Source: Phaeosaccion multiseriatum
Taxonomy: Eukaryota > Protista > Ochrophyta, other classes
DNA length: 64,000 nt
Assembly (NCBI GenBank): GCA_965112735.1
Contig: OZ218957.1
Location: 2,976,001 to 3,040,000, forward strand
Direction of reading: 5' to 3'
Numbering within the stretch: the first letter of the stretch is position 1; each line of letters starts with the position of its first letter. The position numbers were made by a program, and so were the translations under genes. Positions 23,251 through 34,584 of this stretch are shown here, one piece after another. Under the pieces are notes generated by a model that worked only from the letters and a program-made list of their open reading frames with translations, was not told the origin of the DNA and searched no databases.

Positions 23251-26209
23251 GGGGGGGGGGAAGGAGAGAGAAAGGAAGGGGAGAGAGGAGAGAGGGAGAC
23301 AAAGAGAAGAGAGGGGGAGAATGAGCATGAGAGAAGGAGGGAGAGAGAAGAGAGAGAGCGAGGCGGAAACGGCGGCAGGGTGTGGGGGAAAGGGGGGGGG
23401 GGGGCAAGCAGCAAGGCTTCTTCGCTCCACACTGAAACAGCACTGGAGAGAGAGCGGTTGTGTTCTTTCGCCGGAACCTGAGCCCAACCACCACACACAG
23501 CAACCGGTCACGAATGCCCACAACCAACCTCTGTCTCCCTCCCTCCCTCCCTCCCCCCCTCTTCTCCTCCCTCCTTCTCCCCCCCCCCCCCACACACACT
23601 CTCTCTCTCTGTGGACAGGTCGCTGCGGCGCAGCTCGTAGACTTGCAGCACCGAGCCTTGTTAGTAAAGGGACTGGGGGAGGATGTATATCAAGCCATGG
23701 ACGCCAGAATAGCTCGAGGTGTGAGATGGGGGGGGGGATTGGAGGAGAAGGAAGAGGAGGAAGAGAACAGGGAGGTGGTGATGGAGGAGGAGGAGGAGGC
23801 AGCCCTGATGGAGGAGGAGGAGGAGGAAGAGGACATCATCATCTTCGCTCTCCTTCTTCACCTGCTTCTGCTTCCCCATCTGTACCCAGTTGCACTTATT
23901 CTCTCTCTCCATCCCGCCTGCTGGCACACCTTCCTTCCCTCCTGAACCCTTCTCACCCCTTGGCTTCCCCTTCTTGCCTCTGTCGTTTGTGCTCGTTGCC
24001 TGCCCTGCTGTACCTGTCTTGCCTTGCTGGACCCTGTCCTGCTCTCTCTCTCTTCCGTGGGGCTCAATTGCGGCTCTTCTTTTCCGTTCGGCACTAAGTA
24101 GAAACGGGAAAGCGCGTGCCCATAAAGGACGCCAAAATTTCGTAAGTGGCCCGCAGAAGATGTAGCTCGCTCGCTCACCCACTCACTCACTCCTCACTTC
24201 ACTCACTCACTCACTCACTCACTCACTCACTCACTCACTCACTCACTCACTCACTCACTCACTCACTCACTCACTCACTCACTCACTCACTCACTCACTC
24301 ACTCACTCACTCACTCACTCACTCACTCACTCACTCACTCACTCACTCACTCACTCACTCACTCACTCACTCACTCACTCACTCACTCACTCACTCACTC
24401 ACTCACTCACTCACTCACTCACTCACTCACTCACTCACTCACTCACTCACTCACTCACTCACTCACTCACTCACTCACTCCCTCACTCACTCACTCCCTC
24501 ACTCACTCCCTCACTCCCTCACTCACTCACTCACTCACTCACTCACTCACTCAGTCACTCACCCACTCACTCACTCACCCACTCACTCACTCATTCACTC
24601 ACTCGCCCACTCACTCACTCACTCACTCATCACTCACTCACTCACTCACTCACTCACTCACTCACTCACTCACTCACTCACTCACTCACTCACTCAATCA
24701 ATCATTCCCTCCCTCCCTCCTTCCACGTGTGTTGTGCCTATCTCATTCAACGTGTATGTATGCGCGTGTGTGTGCGTGTGTGTATATGCAACAGCGACAC
24801 GAATGGCATTATTCCTGCCCGAGCAGGCCTTGTAACGCTGCTAGAAGAGTTCAAGAAGACCGGCCTAATCAGGTGGGGGTGGATGGCAGTGGATGGACAG
24901 GGAGGGAGGGGGTGAAGGGGAGGGGGAGCAACGAAAGAGGGAGGGAGGGAGGGAGGGAGGGAGGGGGTGAGGGAGCGGGTGAGGGAGGGGGTGAGGCAGG
25001 CAGATTGGAAGAGAAACGTGGGAGTGATTGATTACATTGAGATGGAGGGGTGGAGAGTGATTGTTGATTCACGTCTCCATCTTCTCTTCACGTCTGTAGA
25101 CCTTTTCTCGTGCCCTCTGTTCTCTTTCTTGTCTCTGCTCATATCCTAGTCTTGTTTGTCCTCTCTTCCTCTCCTTATACCCGCAATTGGCAGAGATTAC
25201 AAGATCTCATCCCGCTTCCAGGTGGATGACTGGACTTACGATCAGACCGCCTCTCTTGAGCTCAGTGTGTTCGAGCCAGCCACGCTCGCAGGCTTCGTGC
25301 AGATGAACGGGGAGGGCTTTAGGTGAGAGAGAGAGGAGTATTAATTGACTTAGGAATAACCTGAGAAACTGAAAGTGTGTGTGTGAGTAGAGAGGAGTGG
25401 GGCAGCGAGGAGTCATATGAGAGAAGTGAGTGGTGAGAAACACAGTTTCGACACTTCCAATGAGAAACTCTCTCTCGTCTTCCTCCCTCTCTCCCTGTGT
25501 CTTTCTATCTTCCTCTCTCTCTCTTGCACCAGTCCCCATTCACTATTCACTCATTCCCCCCCCCCCCCCCAAATCCACTGCCATCCATCCACTGCCATCC
25601 AGGTTCCACCCCGACTTCGTGGGTCCTGCTCTGCAAGCCTACTTGAAGGCGGTGAGTGACGAACGTCAAGTGTCGTTAAGTGACCTTTAGATACATCACA
25701 ACCTCGGAAACTAACCTAGGCAGCTCCATCTGCCCTGACCCTCAACTGATTCTTGTCCCCTCCCTCTCTCCTCCTCCCCAACCACCCCCTCCTTCTCCTC
25801 CTCTTTCTCCTCCTCTTTCTCCTCCTTCTCCTCCTCCTTCTCCTCCTCCTCCTCCTGCTGGTCCTCTCTCTTCCTCCTCCTCCTCCTCCTCCTCCTCCTC
25901 CTCTTCCTCCTCCTCCTCCCCCTCCTCCTCCTCCTCCTCCTCCTCCTCCTCCTCCTCCTCCTCCTCCTCCTCCTCCTCCTCCTCCTCCTCCTCCTCCTCC
26001 TCCTCCTCCTCCTCCTCCTCCTCCTCCTCCTCCTCCTCCTCCTCCTCCTCCTCCTCCTCCTCTTCGTTCCTCCCCCCACCGCCTCATGTGCACACCCACA
26101 GTGTAACGTCAAGTCCCGCTATGACGAGTACCTTGTCGATGAAACGTACCGCCCGGACCCCTCGCAGTTCGTGGCTTCAGAGGTCTTGTACGCATGGGAG
26201 CTTTCGTGA
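22272..26209 (+). CDS. Uncharacterised plastid protein with Tat (thylakoid lumen) signal
   Basis: Nine exons in consistent phase, ending ...YDEYLVDETYRPDPSQFVASEVLYAWELS-stop. Signal peptide ends GEA-FST, followed by QRRRFLQNLLTAAAGSGLVVAPSAALA-AKGAAELDAEYYL. Confidence 0.8.
24165..24700. repeat. (CACT)n microsatellite, intronic
   Basis: More than 500 bp of near-perfect CACT. Related tracts lie at ~26550-26730 and, as GAGT, at ~48470-48760. Confidence 0.95.
25780..26062. repeat. (CCT)n microsatellite, intronic
   Basis: Read directly. Confidence 0.95.
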
Positions 26210-26224
26210 TGGGACGGCAGAGGA

Positions 26225-26425
26225 TAAAGGGGATGGCAGTGGATGCATGGGAGGGATTTCATCGGATGGCAGTGGAAGAGAGAGGTCTCTCTTTTCTGCG
26301 ATGGATGGCAGCTCACCGGCAGTGTTAAAGGGGATGGCAGTGGATGCATGGGAAGGATTTCATCTGATGGCAGTCGAAGGGAGAGGTCTCTCCTTTCTGC
26401 GATGGATGGCAGCTCACCGGCAGTG
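26225..26425. repeat. ~101-bp tandem duplication built from GGATGGCAG units, downstream of the lumen-protein stop
   Basis: 26225-26324 and 26326-26425 are near-identical. Confidence 0.85.
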
Positions 26426-27593
26426 CGCGCCGGCGAGGGAGGGAGGGAAGGAGGGAAGGAGGGGACGGCAGAAAGTAGGGGCAGTGTAAGTGGCAGCGGT
26501 ATGTTCAAGTACCCCAGCCCACGCCTCTTACATGCTTGCCTCTTCTTGTTCTCACTCACTCGCCCACTCACTCACTCACTCACGCACTCGCTCACTTACT
26601 CACTCATTCACTCACTCACTCTCTCACTCACTCACTCACTCACTCACTCACTCACTCACTCACTCACTCACTCACTCACTCACTCACTCACTCACTCACT
26701 CACTCACTCACTTACTCATTCACTCACTCTACACTCTCTGCTTCGTGAGAGGCCCGATGGGTGGGTGGGGGGGGGGGAGAATGGGCCTAGAAAGAAGGCA
26801 AAGCACAACAGCGAAAGAAAGAGCGCAGTACGTGCAGTACGTGCAGTACGTGCAGTACGTGGTGCTCAAGAATCAGCCTCAGCGCTCCCCCGCAGGACTG
26901 CCCCTTAGCCCCCCCCATGACATACTTGTCGCGGGTGGCAGCTTGTGGTTTGCACAAGCAGTAGATGGAAGCATATGGTTTGCAAATGGCAGTACATGTC
27001 CCCCCCCCTTGACGAAAGAAGCACAGCTCCTTGGGAGGCGGAGGCGATACAGAGAGGGGGGGGAGAGAGAAGGGAGAGGGGAGGGGCCCGACAGAGCACC
27101 CTTTGGGGGCATAGGATTCGTTCCTTGGAAAGAAGAATAGAAGGACGAGTTTGTTCTTTGAAACTACAGGGAAGGAGTGGCAGAGCTTTGTGATATGTCA
27201 TTTGTGAGCCTTCGCTCCTCTCCGAGTAGCCCATAAAGAGCAGCTGTGGCGGCGGTCAGCAGCAGCAGCAGCAGCAGGAGGAGGAGGAGGAGCAGGAGGA
27301 GGATGATGACAAGGGGGCCATAACACCAAGGAATGTCACTCTCATTTCTCTAAAGTTGAATTAAACGAGGAAGAACATGCAGGCAAAGAGAGAGACGCAC
27401 ACTCCCCCCCCCCCCCCCTTTTTCTCTCCACCCTTCCACTGCCATCCCATCAGTCATCAGCCCCATCGTATAAGTCACTAAATAAGCCGCCTCTCTATCA
27501 CACGCTACGAGCCACAATGAAACTAAAAACTGAAACTGTGGGCCCTCCTTTCCCTGCCATCCGTCCACTGCCATCCACTGCCATCCTATTGAA

Positions 27594-28806
27594 TCAGTCC
27601 GCCGCCCCCTTCACGCACGCCAAAAACCTCCTCAAGCCGGGAGGGGGCAGCGGCGTACCCAACTGGTGCTGCCTCCGCTCTCTCATGGCCAGCAGCAGCT
27701 CAGGGTAGTCAAGTACGCCGTCCCCGCTCTCGTCAAAGAGGTAGAGCACGAGGGAAGAGCAAGCAGGGCTGAGAGAGCGTCCTGTCACTACTTTCACGGC
27801 ACGGGCGAAGTCCTCTTCTCCGACGGTGCCGCCTGGAAGGACGGGGTGGGGGGGGGGTGTGAGGGAGGGAGTCAAGAGATGACTGACTTCCCGACCCATC
27901 GATAATACAGTGCCATCTTCCTCTCTCAAGCGTAAGTGACTGACCCTCGTACGTAATCTTTCGTACCTGTCCCTTGGCAGTAGATGCTGAGGGCCATCTC
28001 AAGGTCGTCGCAATAGTCCTCCAGGGCGGCGTGAAGGTGGAGGGCATCGTCAAGGGGCACCTGACTGCGCTTCTTTTTCATGGACCCGATGCGTTGCAGG
28101 GACTAGGGGAGGGGGATGGTAGTGGATGGGGAGGGTGGACGGCAGTGGATGGCAGTGGATGGCAGTGGGGATGGATGGCATTGGATGCGGAGGGGGGTTG
28201 TTTGGAGAGGGCGGAGGGAGGGAGGGAGGGAGGGAGGGAGAGAGGGAGGGAAGGAGGGAGGGGGAGGGAAGGAAGGAGGAAGGGAAGGAGGGAGGGAAGG
28301 AGGGAGAGGTGGCAAGTGTGGGTGGGAGGTACGGTAGACACCAAAAAAAACGTAGGAGAGAGAGAGAGAGAGACAACACACTGCGTGTTCGACCTTCCCT
28401 CCTCCTCCTCCTTCTCTCCCCAACAAACTTCCTCCCTTACCATCCTCAATTGCTTCGGTGAGGAGGAGGACACAAGCGTTAGGGCCAAATCCACGATGGA
28501 TATACTCTCCACCATTGGTTTGCCGTCGCTTGCAGTTGCCGCTGCAGGGGTCCAGCCAGAAGACACCTGCACTGTTGAAGTTGAAGATGGAGTTGAAGTG
28601 CCTTCCCCGGTAGTGGTATTTGTCAGCAATCCCAAGCCCCACCCCCACCAGCCTGTGCCTGTTGTTGACTTATTCGCCGCCGCCCCCTCCAGCTCTGCTG
28701 CTGCCTCCTCCCCAAGCGCGAGCTTGGCGGGCGTTAGGCGGCTGTACAAGGAGGTCAAGGGGGGGAGAGGCGGGGAGAGAGAGAAAGGAAGGGGGAGGAG
28801 GGAAAG

Positions 28807-28861
<55 letters not shown>

Positions 28862-30225
28862 AGGAGGGGAGAAGGGGAGAGAGAAGGTGAGGGGACCTGC
28901 AAAAGAGGGGAAGAAACCAAGAAGGATGTGGTCGCCCACGCACATTCACCCACCCAAACCCACCCACCCCACCCATCCACCCACACCCATACCCACTCAT
29001 CCACCCACCCACCCATCCACCCACGCACGCACCGCCCTACTCACCCACTCACCTACCCACCCACCCACCTACTCACCCACCCACCTACTCACCCACCCAT
29101 GCACGCACCCACGCACCCACCTGTAGAGCGAGACTTCGGTCCTTCGCACGTCTTCTCTGAGCATCTTTACGAAGGAGTGGAACTCTCCTGTGGTGATGGT
29201 CTTGCTCCCGTCCTCGCCAAACCACGCCCTACGAAGGTTAGCGCTGCCCCCCAAAGCACTGGAAGCCGACCCTCCTCCATCAGGGCTGCCTCCTCCTCCT
29301 CCTCCTCCTCCTCCTCCTGCTCCTCCTTCTCCTCCTCCTCCGTCGGTTCCTGCGTGCTTCAGTAGCTGATTCGTGACCTGCAGCATGCAACAGTGGTCAG
29401 GGAAATGTTTCAGTTTCTTGATTGACCTCGATAGCAGTATCGAACACAACATGGTAGAGAACCAACGCGCGAACCTATCCCCTAACCTGTGACCTAACCC
29501 CTAACCTGTGTGAACTCGTCCAGAGTGATGACGCCGTCGCCGTCTGCATCAATCACGGCCAAGGCCACGTCAAAGTGTTCGGCGGGGATGGCCAGGAGAG
29601 ACACTAGGAAGCTGAACTCCTGTCTGGAGATGAGGCCACTCGCATTGCCGAGCAACTCGTTCCTGTATCGATTGCATCTCCGTCGGATCTCCTTGGCGGG
29701 CAGGCGGGTGAAGGTGTAGGCCAGCATGGATTGCATAAAGTCGCCGCTCGTCATAAAGTGAGAGCCGTCGTTGAATTGGGCGGAGGCGTACTTTGAAAAC
29801 ACGTGGTCGAGAGTGGTAAGGGTAAGGAGGCGGCTCTGATAGTCTCCCACTGCTTCTTCGCTGCTCTTGCTCGCTCCACCCCCCCCCCCTTTGCATAGCA
29901 CCACCCCCCCCCCTCCCGTCACTGCGTACTGTTGGTCCCCCGAGCGGCTTGCTGCAAATGCAGCCGCTCCTGCTGCTGCCGCTGTTGCCAGCGCCGCTGC
30001 CCACTGCTGCCCCTGCTTCCCTTTGCCGGTGTATGACGACGACGACAACAGGGAGGACGCTCGTGGCGCAATCTTAGCAGTTACCTCTACTGCAGCAGCT
30101 CTTACTGCTGCTGTCTCGTCTCTTGAGATGTTTCTGGGCGTCCAGCGCGCCGGGTGGGCAGCATGGGAGCACGCCGCACGAAAGGCGATCCGTTGGCCAA
30201 TGAACAATCCAACACGCCCCTGCAT
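27594..30225 (-). CDS. Mitochondrial calcium uptake protein (MICU-like EF-hand protein)
   Basis: Five exons with an Arg/Ala-rich presequence. DYQSRLLTLTTLDHVFSKYAS...FMTSGDFM resembles the MICU N-domain. GLISRQEFSFLVSLLAIP, EF-hand DADGDGVITLDEF, and DFARAVKVVTGRSLS...LFDESGDGVLDYPEL (last EF-hand). Confidence 0.88.
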
Positions 30226-30768
30226 CTGCTGGCGCGGCTGCTCCCCTCTCCCAGAGAAAGCCCCAGCACCTCTCCTCAGGGTGTCCTTACCGCAAGCCGA
30301 ATAAGACCTCCGCATCGTAACCCTTGCAGAGAAAAAGGGAAAGGTGAAAGGGGAAAGGGGAGAGGGAGAAAGAAACCTCGGCGTGGAAACCTCGTCCGAC
30401 GGTTACAGAAACGCACACAAAAAAGTCAGCATGTGTGTGTGTGTTGCCCCCCAACCCAACCCAACACCCCTGAAACACTCCGGGACCTGTATCGGGGTCC
30501 CAAAGAAACAGACAGGGCGTTTTTTCGTGTGAACCAACCTCTCTCTCTGTGTGTGCACCAAACGACGACAACAGGGAGCAGTAACAGGAGGAGCCGCGGG
30601 AGGAGCAGCAGCACAAGAGGAGCACTTGAGCACCAGGAGCACCATGACAGCAGGAGAAAAGAGACCTCTTGCTTAAGAAACGGCCAAGGAGAGACAACAT
30701 AGAAACAAAAATAGGACCGTGGTGCCCTTCAGTGCTCACTGAGGGCTGCACACGAAACGGCGGGCCCA

Positions 30769-33700
30769 ATGAGTGATGCTGGTGCAGTGCCGGGGATGAG
30801 GAGTCCTGATGCGATGCTCTCCGCAAGAGATACTGAAAACATAGCACCTCGTAAGCCCGTTCTATCCCCTCTGCCTCGTCGCCCAGTGGCTGATGGAGAA
30901 GGCAAGGAAGACAGCCTGAAGGCGGCGCCCCTACAGCAGGAGACGGAGAAAGAACCCGTAGAGCGGAACGACAGGAGTAGTGAGACAGACCTTTCTGCAG
31001 CTGGTGATACTACCGGCGAGGTTAAGGAAGGGCTATTGCCCGCGGTTGCCCCAGCGCCTTCTCAGAGCGGTGAGTGCCAAAGTCTACTCCATGGGTGCAT
31101 GTCCCAACGCCACGTCCCAGCAGGTTTCTATCGCCAGAGCGATTCTGCTAGCGTAGCACCACAGGGAGGTTATATGAACGAGCTACTTGCTTACTCCCCC
31201 CCTCCCGTCTCCCCGTCCCCCCCCCCCCTCCGATCGATTCATCAGAGGGAGGGCAGGAGCCTCTCGAGGTCAACGCGATGAGAAGTGAGCCCGAGTTTTC
31301 CGGAGCTGGTGACACAGTCAGTGAGCTGAAGGCAGGGCTATTGCCTGCTAATGCCCAAAGAAGTTGTAAGGGTGAGTGCCAAACTCGGGAGGGGTGCATG
31401 TTCATCCCTGCACCCACCACCAGGCTTCTAGTTCTATCGCTCCCCTCGCCCCGCATCGCCCTCTTCTCAGTCGAGCGGCCTCCTCTTCTGCCTAGCGAGT
31501 GTGCTAACACAACACTGAGGAGCGATTCACGTGTCCTCCCCTCCTGATCCCTCCCCCCCCCCCCTCGGCTCGATCCATCAGAGGGATGGCGGCCGCTGAG
31601 CGCTAAAGAGTCGCGTAGGGAGAAGGCGACGTCTGGCTCTCCCTCCTCTCCCTTACAAGACACCCTGTTCACTGAGAGTGAAAGCGCTTACAGCGAAAGA
31701 AACAACGGAGCGGCCAAGCGTATCGGGCGCAGTGCCGAGGTACCAGCGAGGGGCGGCACCACAGCAGAAAGGGTGGGTGGGGTGGGTGGGGTCGGAGGCT
31801 TCCTGATGGGTGTCATCAGGAGGAAGAGACCCGGTGGCGCTGGCCATAAGCAGGATGAGCCGAGCCAAACGATGGACGACTCTACTTACAGGGCGAGTAG
31901 TAACGACCCTCATTCTGGACACAGCGCGAGCTTACGCGGTGGTAGTGGTGGTGGGGCGAGGGACAAGAGCGTCGTAGGAGGGGCCGAGGGAGTCCTAGCG
32001 CGGGCACGGCGGCACATACGAAGCAGCCACGGCTCCGCCGACCATAGAGCTCGGGATAAAGCCGCCGCTGTAAGGAGGAAATTCAAGCAGCCCGTCAAGC
32101 CAAGATTGTAAGTGCAGTGCCCGCAAGCAAGCGCTGCTGAGTCTCCTCGCCTCTCCCTCTCCCTCTCCCTCTCCCTCTCCCCCTCCCTCTCCCTCTCCCT
32201 CTCCCCCTCCCTCCCTCCCACCCTCCCTCTCTCCCTCCCTCTCTCTCCCCCTCCCTCCCTCTCCCCCTCCCCCCGGTATCCCCTCCCCCCCCCTGCCCCT
32301 TCTCCTCTTCCCTTCGATCTGATTCTGCCTCTTCTTCTGCGTACCCCATCCCTTTGCTCCCCCCCCCCCAACCTAACCCGATCGAATGCTGTCCTTGCCC
32401 TGCACAGGAAAATCTGTGCCCTGTTTTGGGTGCTCCAAGCTACCATCCTGGCCGTTATCTTCGTGACAATAGTACAGTTTGATAAAAACATACTGACGCT
32501 CTATCTTCAAGGCATTGAGGAGCACCTCGGAGGGCTCAGTCTCGCCTATCAAATGAAGGTAGGTACTGCTTACGTATTGGTCTAGCACGCCTTACTTACC
32601 TTGTTTGTTACATACCCCATGACATGATGGAAGATTTGAATCGATTCTGATGTGATTTGCCACTGGGTTAGTGTTGTGTTGCTGATGTTGGGTTGCATGC
32701 ATCGAGGGTTGAGCCGCTGGACTGAATCCTGTGCATGACTGCTTCTCCCTCTTCCCTCCTTCGTCCATTCCCCCCTCGCTGCCTGCCTGTCTGTCGATCT
32801 GTCCGCCTATCTACCCTCCTGCTCATATGCCTGCCCCTACACCTGCCCACCTACCTGTACGCCTGCGTACTTTGTTCTCCTTGTGCCCATGTGGCTTGCG
32901 TCAGGTGCACCAAGCCGGCTTTGGCTTTGGTTCCATGGCTGCAGGCGACATCAACATCATAACAGCCCTCGAGTCATTAAACTCGACCCTCTATCCTTAT
33001 ATCGAGGCCGAGCTAAACTCAGAGCTTGAGTCCAGGCAATTAGAGTTCTCAATGATGCTAGGGGCAGACATGGTACGTAACGGTACATAACAGTGCACAT
33101 GTTGTGCGTGTGTGTGTGCGCGCGTAAGTGTGTGTAGATGTGCTTGTGCGTGTGTACGTGTGTGTTTCTGTAACCACACACCACCTACCCCACCCCACAG
33201 ACCATCTTAGCTACAGGAACAGGTGCGAACACCACCGGAGAGGTGTTCGATCCCAATGGGGTTGTCTCTCTGGCTAGGCAAACGTACGAGGACAGCGGAA
33301 CCGTACAGGTTGGTGATTTGGTGTGATGATGTGGAGATGAGTGTTGCTGTCACCAAAGTTATACTTCATTTGTATAAGAGAGGTCTCTGCCAGGGTGCTC
33401 TGACAGGGCAATCCACTCGGGGGGAGAGCCTTCCCATCAAGATCCACAATGTCGATACCGATTCGCAATGTCGATCCTGATCATCCCAAACCTGATCCCC
33501 TGATAAATTGGAGCCGAAACTTGATTGATGGGTTGGTTGGTTGTTTGGTTGATTGGTTGGCTGATTGATTGGTTGATTGGTTGAATTACTTTTTGTTTTG
33601 TTTTTTGTTTTTGTTTTGTTGTTGTTGTTTTACTGTTTGCTGATTTGTTTGTTTGATTGGATAAATTGATTTTTTCTTTTCTAATTGAAATTCTGACAGA

Positions 33701-33956
33701 TAAAGAAGAACACGATGGTGACGGAGGCCCTGCTGGACCATCACAACGCGCCCCAGTGGAGAGAGAGGGGTTCCATCACCAACCCCGCTCTCAAGGAGCT
33801 TCATCCATACGACTCCTCCTCAGGCATAGGCCTCATCAGGTGGGTTGCAGTAAGTCAGTGGGCTACAGTAAGTTAGTGGATGGTGGGTGGGTAACTACGG
33901 TACTAAGCGTAGGTAAAGGGCTCTCTGACCTTCCTCTGCATGACCATCCATGACTG

Positions 33957-34044
<88 letters not shown>

Positions 34045-34553
34045 ACCACACACACAACCCCACACACAACCACACACACAACCACACACACAGGTATACG
34101 GTATCCATAGTGAAGAACTCCAACGACACCGAGGTCACGGGCTTCCTCGTCAGTGGAGACCTCGTAACGGGCAAGTTGGGCATCGTCGCCGCCATCTACG
34201 AAACTCTCTGGGCAGGCACCTCCTCCACTCTAGAGGACGGTTACGTTGGAGTCTATCTCAACGAAGAGACCGACCCGGACGGTGAGTGTCAGGACAGAGG
34301 GTGGAGTGGGAGGGATGGGTGCATAGGTGTCAGGACAGAGGGTGCGGGTGGTTTCAGTTTCAGTTTGACGGGTACTTGGCGGTCGCTTTGAAAAAAGAGG
34401 CTGACCTCCTCCCCTCCCCTCCCCTTTCCTCCCCTCATGACAGAGGAAGACTCATGGGCCCCAGCTACATCCGCAGCCGTCATCTCCCCACAGACCTTCG
34501 ACGGCGTAAGCATTCTCGCTGTGGAGCCCTCCCCCTTCTCCTCCCCGGGCGAG

Positions 34554-34584
<31 letters not shown>

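Noticed and set aside
24146-24835. ORFs of (THSL)n, (LLSSP)n, (SQSV)n, (CLSV)n, poly-P/G/R and similar across the window
   Set aside because: They are translations of intronic microsatellites or antisense shadows of real exons.
29478-29510. CCCTAA telomere-like units (also ~39409)
   Set aside because: Only 2-3 degenerate copies, overlapping splice signals.
33320-33505. Possible intronic C/D-box snoRNA (GTGATGA ... CTGA)
   Set aside because: No convincing terminal stem and no rRNA-complementary guide that I can recognise; it would need a snoscan/Infernal search.
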